DNA of 64,000 bases, from contig DAOSCP010000002.1 of NCBI GenBank assembly GCA_035361425.1, forward strand, positions 65,410-129,409, written 5' to 3'. Of the stretch, positions 61,501 to 64,000 are shown piece after piece. The notes beneath the pieces are model-generated. The model ran no database searches and was not told the origin of the DNA. It worked only from the letters and a program-made list of their open reading frames with translations. Position 1 is the stretch's first letter. Each line of letters starts with the position of its first letter. This stretch comes from Ignavibacteriales bacterium. Lineage in GTDB: Bacteria > Bacteroidota > Ignavibacteria > Ignavibacteriales > DAOSCP01. Both the position numbers and the translations under genes were made by a program.

Positions 61501-64000
61501 TACTGATAATGGTTTAACCTGGCATATTGTTGCAACAAATACATCGGCAACATCAGGTGTTTGGTTAGTTCCCGAAACTCCAACTGATAAAGCTTTAATT
61601 AGAGTATCAGATGCTACAAATCCATCAATGTATGATGTTTCTGATAAAAACTTTACTATAGCTCAGCTCAAAATTTTAGCTCCAAATGGGGGAGAACGAA
61701 TTAAAGCACTTTCAAATTATACAATTAGGTGGCAAAATGCATTTACAAGTAATAAAGTAATAATTGAATATTCAACTAATAGTGGTAATTCATGGAATTT
61801 AATTACAAATAACGCGAGTGTTTCATCAAAACAATATAATTGGAATGTACCAGATATTATAAGCAATACATTCAGAATTAAAATTAGCGATAGCTTAAAT
61901 ACCTATATTTATGATGTTTCTGATTCTAATTTTACAATCTATAAACCTGAGATAACTTTATTAACATTTAATAGCGGTAAATATCAGGCTGGTAAAACAT
62001 ATCCAATAAGATGGAATAGCCAGAATGTAGCTAATGTAACAATTCAATACTCTTTAAATAATGGTAACAATTGGCATAATATTATAACTAATTATCCAGC
62101 TGTAAATGGTATTTATAATTGGACTATTCCTTCTGATTCTGCTTCTGTTAATGCAAGAATTCGAGTAGTTGATTATTCTGATAATAATTATTATGGAATG
62201 AGTACAAATGCATTTACAATTGCTCAAATTAGGTTATTATCACCTATTGGTGGAGAACAATTACAAATCGATAAATTTAGCGATATTAGATGGTATGCTC
62301 AAAATGTTGCTAATGTAAGAATTGAGTTATCTACAGATAATGGAATAAATTGGCAATCAATTAATAATTTAAGTTCTGTGAATGGAAATAATTTATTTAG
62401 CTGGCGTGTAGAAAATAAACCATCTAACGTTTGTAAGATAAGAGTAAGAGATTTGAACTATCCAGAAATAAAAGATTCAACTGCTGGTATATTTAGAATT
62501 TCAAACGTACAGTTACTATCTCCTAATGGAAATGAAAGATGGCAAGAAAACAAAACATATCGTATAGAATGGGCAGCTTCATCTAATGTAAATAATGTTG
62601 TTTTAGAATATTCAACCAACTCGGGTAATAACTGGAATATCATTCAATCAGTATATCCTGCTAATGTTGGTTATTATAATTGGAATATTCCTTTGAATAC
62701 TAGTTCCAATAAATGTCAAATAAGAATTAAAGATTATGATGCTAATTCTGTATTTGATACTACTGATGCTAAATTTACAATTGTTAATTTAAGACTAATT
62801 ACACCTAATGGTGGCGAAGTATGGCAAGCTAATTCAACTCAAAGAATTAGATGGCAAGCAAATTTAGTTGGAAATATTAAACTTGAATATACTACAAGCT
62901 TTGGTAATAATTGGACAACTATTGTTGATAATTATCCAGTTGATTCTAATTATTTTGATTGGAATATACCATTGGCAGCTCTTTCAGATAATGCTCAAAT
63001 AAGAATATCAGAATATAATAATGCATCAATATTTGATACATGTGATAACAGATTTAAAATCTTTATTCCTGAAGTAAAAGTAATTTCACCAAATGGCAAT
63101 GAAAATCTTTTAGTTGGAAAAACATATCAAATTCTTTGGAATGCAAAATATATAAATAATGTAAAAATTGAATATACTACAGATAATGGCGGAAGCTGGT
63201 CTACAATTGCTACAGTCCCTGCAAGTAATGGTTTATATAATTGGTTGATACCAAATTATCCATCACGAAATGTAAAAATTAAAATTTCTGATGCGAACAA
63301 TCCATTTTTCTTTGATGATTCTGATCAAAGATTTAACATTGTTAATATTATAATTTACTCACCAAATGGTGGAGAAAACTGGCAAGCAAGAACTACAAAA
63401 CAAATAAAATGGAAAACATATTCAATAGATAATATTGCTTTACATTATTCTACTGATAATGGTACAACTTGGTTGCCTATTGGTACAGCCAATGCTTTAT
63501 TAGACACTACTTATTCCTGGATTGTACCGAACATTCCAACACCAGAGGCTCGTATAAGAATTAGAATGGCTAATGATACTACTGTTTTTGTAACTAGTGC
63601 ATCTACTTTCACTATATCTAATATTGAACTTACAAATTTTGTTGGTGGAGAAAGTGCAAAAATAGGAAAAACATATAATATAAGATGGCAAAGCTATTAT
63701 ATTTCTAATGTTAAAATTGAATACTCAACTAATAATGGAGCTTCGTGGACACCAATAGTTAATAGTGTTCCTGCTAATATTGGCTTGTATCCATGGGTAG
63801 TACCAAATATTGTTTCAAATAATTACTTAATTAAAGTATCCAGCACAGCAGATTATACTATAGCAGATTCCTCTAAACTACCATTTAGAGTTGCAAATAT
63901 TACATTGAATAATCCACGCGGTACTGAAGTATGGCAGGTAGGTACTGTTAAAACACTAAGCTGGACTAAAACTAACAATGTCTCAAGAATTAAATTAGAA
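40571..64000 (+). CDS. Giant secreted repeat protein (at least 7,810 aa, 3' end beyond the window): ~84 tandem Ig-like/beta-sandwich-type modules, each with an Asp-box-like motif
   Basis: ATG 40571 is followed by signal peptide MLTNYKQFWVYLLFILFVSSTNVYS|QTIS. My spot translations in the frame (pos mod 3 = 2) at the start, at ~47.10 kb, at ~52.14 kb and over the last codons (...LSWTKTNNVSRIKLE) all stay in the repeat consensus. The ORF track lists no closed + strand ORF anywhere in 40.6-64.0 kb, as expected if this frame never meets a stop in the window. Confidence 0.85.
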   Translation, partial: MLTNYKQFWVYLLFILFVSSTNVYSQTISISSPVANDTLNYGSSKTITWNWTGANGTAKIEYSTNSGTSWININSNVTNNNGSNTYNWSVPNNPSNNCRIRITSIDYPAISQTSGLFVIRSLVLLSPSSGNHIQAGKTFNIQWTSSYVSSLRLEYSTDNGNNWNLIQTGVNPTASPYVWNVPDIVSDQAIVRVSDATKSITNTNCIKSQSGSFYICKLRLLAPNGGEFLFSNSNYNIQWTASNNVSFVNLEYSTDNGGNWYTIANNLSASSGSYTWMVTNNTSNNQALIRVSDASYPNYVNDISDNNFTIGRLLVTSPNGGLAAGYLSGSTITITWSSQNISLVNIYYTIDGTSYTPIVTNYDATNGFYNWTIPAGINTNKFKIKIEDASNSSRYDESDYYSVISTISLSSISANIQTGKTITLNWAAGSYLSNVNISYSTDNGNSFPYTIATNISASTGTYNWVVPSGITGDNCKIKITSTQYPDIYAISNTFKIAELNLTYPLGTDGWIAGGTYTIMWNKSTNVANVKVYISTNNGNTWGSPLTTTSSNSYVYTVNSGFDFNQFKVKVEDATTTDIYSETPIGFKVGKINILSPSTSGEVWNSGTVKTISWTATTFINIVRLEYSTNGGLDWTFIANVGATVGSYNWTVPSVSSNNCVIRISDSDVPTIFATSNTFSIGNLIVTYPDGGEGLNANSNVNIQWTANGIANVNIYYSLNNGANWIKIASNINAASGSYTWLLPDVVSSQCLVRVSDANDTTYYDNSNGAFRIGKISIIQPTTNKINQGSVYTIKWNATSNISNVNIYYSENNGASWNLIQNNVNASLGQYNWNVPFTTTSQGKIRIEDAQTNSLITATNSGNFSISYITVNTPNGGENWFSTSTQNITWTSSADVSNVKIYVSTDGVTFGSTPIYNGPNTGSYSWVVDGNYISTTARIKIVDASASNVSDSSNNVFTITPLQLTAPNNPITLYQGQSYNITYDYDATKVSSVKIEFSSTGGNSWTNIVASIPATGVYNWTVPAVTTNNGLIRITSNDNPAFYDVSDNTFSINTISLTSPNGNENWMAGTTKNITWVNIPGVSALNLYYSLDGGNSWRLFKTGINAGAQTYSWVVPDSASNMVRIKIAASDNPAISDISDNNFTISSLTLLSPLGGEKLLAGQQHYITWDAQYIQSVKIELTTNGGSTWISPEIATGVPGANGTYLWTIPNNPTTQARIRITSDNPNDNTITKTSPANFTISRLQITNPISTTAFQEGQTATIQWTADNIDFVNIDISTNGGIEWNNIATGYPALGGSYNWTVPINYSSNNCIIRIYDQSNFVRIATSQTFNISKLNITSPTTSDKWFIGSTKKIQWQSTNVSLVNILYSTDGGATWPITIASNYPANAGYYDWQVSGLVTTQGRIRIVSVDKPSITATTGNFQTSSLNITQPAGNESWQVGTNKSINWTYGNITSVYLYYSTDGSNWLQIGAGPINAALQTYNWTIPDISSNTVRIKIADAADTSRNAVSNPFKIGKITVLYPNGNEILQSGKTINITWNNYSSISNVKIEYSTNAGGSWNTIVNSVQANLGAYPWVIPNTTGNSYRIRISDADSPSPTEFINDISDNNFTVKRIDLISPVSGEYFQIGKTKQISWNVGNIATLRIDLSTNGGSDFFNIAEISGANTSYNLKLTNPAYVSTACYLRIYDKDNPTIVSELSSPFTIKRLDLISPNGGEIKQAGVVDTIKWQASGVSNITLQYSTDGGLNFSNSIVNNHPANLGYYYWTIPSNLYGNNIKVRIVDYDVSSISDTSDNNFSISQLAITQPTSTSKFNVGLPLIVNWSANNLTQINIDLSTDGGLSYPYNIVSNYNATLNTCTWVIPLTLTPSSNCVIKITDANNPTTYILSQQFSIAKLKILVPNDGTQNWQTVTQQTITWQASSNVSNIRIEYTSNNGVSWNTIINSVPATTGNYLWTIPNTAASNLVKIRITDVSNNNVIDSSDNNFNIRRLDLTSPNGGESFAAGSSQQISWIANNVNNVKIEYQTSNGGTWTHIATVPANSSPYTWTVPATTSSEYRIRISDATYSTIQSQSANTFKVGQITVTRPNTAETFQVGKTLPIRWNASSNINFVNIAFSTDNGTTWYYIANNVSASAGAYNWTILNKPSNNCLIRITDASTDTTVSGHIRDISDVAFSVKYLKLNIPNGGETWKIGSNQNITWETSSNISNIHIYLSTNSGNSWGITLGNNVGAGAGSFLWSNIGNYPYSTCKVKIIDASNNSISDSSDNAFKIGNISIIEPVALANYKTNSPMVIKWTSTSNINTVNIYYSADGVSWNQQIASNLPSTTGTNEFTWVTPLTATNTAKIKIVDAESGSTIEEISSTFRITDLNIISPVSTDKWQVGTSKNIIWSGQGVSNVNISILDNSNISYSIATNTNLTTYNWSIPDIPFFQAPSYRIVVTDASNPDNSDTSEIFTICKVKVDSPNGGENIYAGSTYTINWTTYNVTNVKIEYSSNNGTSWNTIVGNIASNNGSNSYNWLVPNDTSSNYRIRVSDFSNSTINDISDNRFTVSKITVLSPNGGENWQIGTTKTITWRSNGISQVNIYLNYGAGNFTIATNVSSVGGSGSYNWAIPDNPLLYTTNAKIIISSSTDPTKADTSDNVFTISKLVVISPNGSENWFKNSISTISWESRNISSVKIEYSTDNGINWKNIATVTSVNGINNYNWLVPADTSLNCIVRISNATNSTIYDVSDNKFNILGLFITQPIANAKWRNGLLKTISWRANYSTNVNIYILTPTGKSLIASNVTGNSWGGNYTWSILDSNKYYTNSNRIIIEDFGDPSRCDTTNYSFSISKLQITTPNTNVNWFAGSSKIISWVSQNISNVVIEYSSNNGGSWSTITTTTSNNGTNNYSWTVPSTASSQCLIRIKDVADGNLLSDTSNTTFTISNLQLLSPLSNARWQMGKVNTIQWTASNIANVKIEYYDIATANWLTIATVSASSGAYNWLIPALGLTPSDQYKIRISAADDPTKMVESGLFTIGNVQLSNFNGGEVVQAGKVVTINWTKTSFVNTVNLKYTTNNGTDWNTIASGISITSYNWNIPNISSNNVKILVEDAVANSLIKDTSDAVFTIARLVVNVPNNGEVYREGTKINITWTAQNTNNLRLEYSIDHSNSWNIIANSVNPASGSYTWTLPYGLVSKYLTIKAYDVSYPTIMDTTDNKVTVAKLLITNPAGGETWVANDTKSISWNSQYIPASTYTIEYTTDNGVNWQTIVTNVPTSNNNYNWVLPSTALSNVKIRIRHNDNSNLSDTLDGTFTIVAPKITVTQPNGGEILLKDQPYTIQYTRTPDITNVNIYSRLEGKKGWRLLAGNTTALSYNWTPDTAGNYKIIIVDFNNPNVVGDSSDAFCTVKHIQVTQPAGGEIWQAGKPYQIKWVTSNNINTVRIEYSTNAGGSWLPITSSIPAADQQYNWTIPYALDGKQVHIKVSDELASSVIYDISDGFATISNLQVVYPNSNTDGLVEGKSYNIQWTNSPSITNIDIYYTADGGPLQTIQANVPAAGGQYNWTVPVINSDNVKIVIKDASNPLIVDSSDNAFKVASLMVVTPNGGEDFRIGRNATITWSNSSNISAVNIYYSLNNGTTWFIAGVNVPSTNSVNNYTWKVPNVLSTTNALIKIIDASNSNIEDIGDANFTISNLVVTSPNGGERISAGKKYNITWIAQNVTTNLRIQYTLNGTNWQDIATVPGTTTNYEWNVAADTSTVNAKIRIMDPTLTEGDTSDANFTIGYIKILNPIAGNVYQTNRNIQIYWQDSPNIGSVNIKYQVGTSVPVTIVSNYASPTNLYNWTVPLDLAHNNLNLIISDINADVTLADTIKINTVKLQLTSLNGGQKILANKVTPITWASSNLTGTIKIELSTDDGFNWIAIPGASNVSAADGVFNWLVNNITTGQNRIRIISNNDNSIRDSSASFFIISRLKVTDPTSIANYKAGTTQNLKWDNSSNIGNINIYFSSNNGSTWTNLFNNVSTTGQNKNWVVPYTTSNQCRIRIEDAQYPTNADTSEAFSVYTPTITVTAPNLPSRILVGKTYNITWNSQFVTNFKIELSTNGGVDWNPIVLSTTGNNYNWTIPQPFDTVTSNNCLIKISDASDNSIFDVSDNPFTISSLKFISPVGGEIVQVGKHFTIRWNSSQIDRVRIDYFDGTSWTQIINNISASTGNYVWTVPNIFSSAIKFRLYDADNLSNYIESNTISTADIAVIYPVGGEVIQTGQTVKIKWNYQNISNVKLEYSLENGAEGTWNTIVNSVPATTGSTGYNWTIDTSLSSRDCLIRISEVGNSNVFATSYSTFKIGNIVVLSPNGGEVFKSGQSYTIRWYNKPSTSSVKLYYSTNNGTNWNLITTTTTQPYGGSFDWVPSISNSSPNMLIKVVDSEGDIKDSSDATFIYNNLRIVSPNNGEIFRQGTPVNIQWTSNLNPVTLEYSTDNGLNWNLIVSGKNGTTHTWVTPTNLLSNNIIIKVKDDNNNLINDTTDNRIKVIEFKITQPNGLETWVGNSVQKIKVLHKLLPSSLINLYYTTNNGTNWNTIATNISANGDSTIYNWLVPKISSNNVKVKIVDATRSNIADTSDNVFTITNPQVTVISPNGGEVLPINKPTTITWTKSVDVANVNVYTRLENKRWYRPIVSGFGGTSISWTPDTAGNYRIIVCDAANPSSVIDSSDAFVSVYKLNITSPNGGENWIEGKRYNITWNASINLTNVNIDYSTNGGSNWISLVNNIPASSGSYSWLIPSGITGTNTKIRVRSSNYGNIIKDSSANSFTIHKIRLLSPNLASDGFVIGKQMNISWDVSNSTIPNIKISYLTPQTSGIISGSFATTTNSGYFSVPNVSSDSVKIIISDVLNPNIADTSDNYFKIAQLVVTSPVGGENWQINRRRLITWNNSSNVNFINLEYTLNGITWFTIANNVNASLGSYNWLVPDVLSSTNALVRITDNNNVNIKDTSDNVFAIFRFDITSPNGGVKIAAGKKYNITWNAQNVSLPMQLQYTFDGNNWNNIAGVNSTDQSYLWDVPADTSTSNLKIRIIDEMSSFGDTSDAANSIAYSKILNPVLTSNWQTGKAYPIRLQLSPNVNFINLLYRIGNNTPVSIANNIERTSEYQWSVPLTLVSNDIRIIVQDANATTTIADTSNIFNTRRLNLTSFTGGEKVIAGKTYKITWIAQNLGNIKIEFSKDGGLNWATVTGGGNINSALGEFDWVVNNEVGSQNKIRLVSLDYGNVRDSSATNFTISELKITNPTAASNFKGGTTQTISWTSSIDINKVNIYYSTNNGTNWIVIKSNHDYVGTSANYNWIVPNVTSSQCKVKIEDAQNPGNYDTSATFSIYTPTITVLTPNTNIRLLATKTYAITWSKQYVNNVKLEYSTNGGSSWKLIASPLAGTSYNWTIPNDTTNNAKIKITDLSDTTIYDMSDVSFTISSINFVSPLGGEIVQINKPFNIRWRSAYIDKVRIDYTLDGTNWIQIINNYDANVGSYAWNVTNYSTTLKFRIYDAVNTNNFIESNSITSANLVITQPIGGEIYQSGNNIKIKWTSQNISNVKLEYSLENGAEGTWNTIVNSVSAAVGTTGYDWLVDTSISTRRCLIRISEVDNPNVNATNNSVFKIGNIVVLSPNGNEVRQNQQADTIRWYNKPSTSSVKLYYSTNNGGNWTLITTVSTNPYGGSYIWTPNISNPTTNMLIKVEDAEGVIKDSSNTTYTMVNLVLVSPNGGNYWQAGTIQKIKWNATNLGNISIRYTTNDGVNWNNVVSNIASTLGEYDWAIPTYISSKDCRIKLISVSDSNRIYSISANKFKIGKVTLTTFTGNEKVKVGTSHTIRWTRSSSIDFVNLYYFDGSNWQTIATNVDASLNKYVWTIPNTPTVNARIRISDANSNLNIKDSSGTTFRISRIYVLQPNGNENYRAGLVYPINWNVSSDITNLKLEYTTDDGINWYTITSNTNAATGTYNWRVPDTASTGYRIRISDVTFSSEIADTSDNIFTVKRLNLITPDASTNWLANTTQQIKWNTVGVSQIILQYTTNNGSTWNNITTNPISASTGQYNWLTPNISSTNVKVRIYDYSVPNISDTSASFTIYKPVISLNSPNGGESWAVGSTKNITWNSAYVTRLKIEYSTDGGQNYILINDNVNPTTGIFNWVVPNTPTKFAKIRLTDYNNSGVIDTSDSYFRIKTLQLVKPNGAEYYQVLRTKPIQWNAGGIDNIRIDYSTNNGANWSNLTTINAESGIYNWNITPAFATTNNYKIRITDIDDISITDESDNTFSVRNLRLLKPVGNEAYMYDSLVNIQWTASVNIQNVKLQYRISDASSWVDITGASANLGVYNSWKAPLSASNFYKVRIIDSVSNEVYDSTAAYFKVGNINITTNLTGTSIQVGKELTINWTNTNNINTVKIELSTNGGSGWSTLTSNYVTGANGGSYTFTVPNNVTNNAIIKVSDQNNSNIYSQTASFTINNLTITKPITPESWKVASTQQIKWTSYNISNVNIYISTNNGANWLLIDNNVTSNNGNNVYNWVVANYASNQCLIKITDAVDENIASTISPNNFKIGDISVTSPTAGAKWQAGINKRIQWTNTTNITNVNIEYSLNGTTWLPIATNIPASTGYYDWKVVDNPSTTVQIRVTDAQGININSVSPVFTIVKIKMDYPNGNEFIAANSNVIVKWQSSNIVNVSLDYSTNGGSNWYPLASNQPAGMLQVNWTVPNLLTTANNCLIRIYDRSDPTIVDTTDNPFTIVVPKITVLKPDNSSYWQAGKIKKIQWTSEFINDVKIEFSSNDGNSWVTVISSIPANTNEYNWMIPSVPSDKYKIRISDVNNSALWDTSRVFTVSLLNIVSPNGGENIKVGTVLPIVFNAYYTGNVKIQYSTNNGNTWANDVVSTLGITNGSNTYNWTVPNIPYDNIKLRIYAISDTSINDYTDGSFRVANIQVVVPNDSVIWQAGTIKTLQWIKSSNIGNVNIDYSTDNGLTWHIVATNTSATSGVWLVPETPTDKALIRVSDATNPSMYDVSDKNFTIAQLKILAPNGGERIKALSNYTIRWQNAFTSNKVIIEYSTNSGNSWNLITNNASVSSKQYNWNVPDIISNTFRIKISDSLNTYIYDVSDSNFTIYKPEITLLTFNSGKYQAGKTYPIRWNSQNVANVTIQYSLNNGNNWHNIITNYPAVNGIYNWTIPSDSASVNARIRVVDYSDNNYYGMSTNAFTIAQIRLLSPIGGEQLQIDKFSDIRWYAQNVANVRIELSTDNGINWQSINNLSSVNGNNLFSWRVENKPSNVCKIRVRDLNYPEIKDSTAGIFRISNVQLLSPNGNERWQENKTYRIEWAASSNVNNVVLEYSTNSGNNWNIIQSVYPANVGYYNWNIPLNTSSNKCQIRIKDYDANSVFDTTDAKFTIVNLRLITPNGGEVWQANSTQRIRWQANLVGNIKLEYTTSFGNNWTTIVDNYPVDSNYFDWNIPLAALSDNAQIRISEYNNASIFDTCDNRFKIFIPEVKVISPNGNENLLVGKTYQILWNAKYINNVKIEYTTDNGGSWSTIATVPASNGLYNWLIPNYPSRNVKIKISDANNPFFFDDSDQRFNIVNIIIYSPNGGENWQARTTKQIKWKTYSIDNIALHYSTDNGTTWLPIGTANALLDTTYSWIVPNIPTPEARIRIRMANDTTVFVTSASTFTISNIELTNFVGGESAKIGKTYNIRWQSYYISNVKIEYSTNNGASWTPIVNSVPANIGLYPWVVPNIVSNNYLIKVSSTADYTIADSSKLPFRVANITLNNPRGTEVWQVGTVKTLSWTKTNNVSRIKLE
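40640..64000 (+). repeat. Coding tandem repeat array, period ~280 nt (~93 aa), ~84 diverged copies
   Basis: Module consensus read by eye: [LIV]x[LIV]xSPNGGExWxxGxxxxIxWxxxxxxxVxIEYS[TS][DN]xGxxWxxIxxxxxxxxGxYxWxVPxxxSxxCxIR[IV]xDxxxxxxxDxSDxxFxI. I located module starts manually about every 270-290 nt (40640, 40935, 41222, 41510 ... 63625, 63905). Confidence 0.85.

Noticed and set aside
44521-63691. Minus-strand ORFs of 60-121 aa inside the giant gene (e.g. 48337-48624, 52024-52389, 54292-54600, 51169-51399)
   Set aside because: These are antisense shadows of the repeat. They repeatedly contain '..PP(L/F)GE(I)..', which is the reverse-complement reading of SPNGGE. They have no RBS, no independent conservation logic, and lie entirely within the long sense ORF.
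40640-64000. Regular ~280-nt periodicity that could superficially suggest a CRISPR array, satellite or other non-coding repeat
   Set aside because: The period is a near-multiple of 3 and a single reading frame stays open throughout. The copies are diverged at DNA level but conserved at protein-consensus positions, and there is no repeat/spacer structure. It is a coding tandem-domain array.

Overview
Visibly AT-rich bacterial chromosomal window, probably from the FCB superphylum (Ignavibacteria/Bacteroidota-like); that placement is inferred. I found no rRNA, CRISPR array, transposase or integrase. Order, left to right: (1) A MacB-type ABC exporter: an ATPase truncated by the window edge, plus two MacB/FtsX permeases. 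(2) An ~11 kb accessory, defence-like segment ending at a tRNA-Lys(CUU). It holds a heavily decayed type III restriction-modification pair (res and mod pseudogenes), an intact 1137-aa PD-(D/E)xK nuclease + SF1 Dna2/Upf1-like helicase, a 529-aa P-loop ATPase with a C-terminal PD-(D/E)xK module, and a small HTH ORF. (3) wecB plus a DegT-family aminotransferase on the minus strand. (4) An ~19 kb co-directional array. It starts with an atypical chemosensory cluster: soluble MCP-like protein, STAS, CheY, CheA, a transmembrane MCP interrupted by one in-frame TAA, CheW, a hybrid HK-REC-Hpt kinase and a lone REC. It continues with a DUF2254-like membrane protein, a MoxR/DUF58/vWA (Bat-like) operon, a GH13 pullulanase and two small membrane proteins that resemble a minimal GldL/GldM pair. 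(5) After a clear terminator, an operon of three signal-peptide proteins, two of them outer-membrane beta-barrel-like. It leads into a giant ORF that starts at 40571 and is still open at 64000 (at least 7,810 codons). That ORF consists of about 84 tandem ~93-aa (~280-nt) modules, each with an Asp-box-like motif, and contains a 12-module higher-order duplication. The giant repeat protein with its upstream accessory genes is my best candidate for an undescribed surface-adhesin, secretion or motility system.
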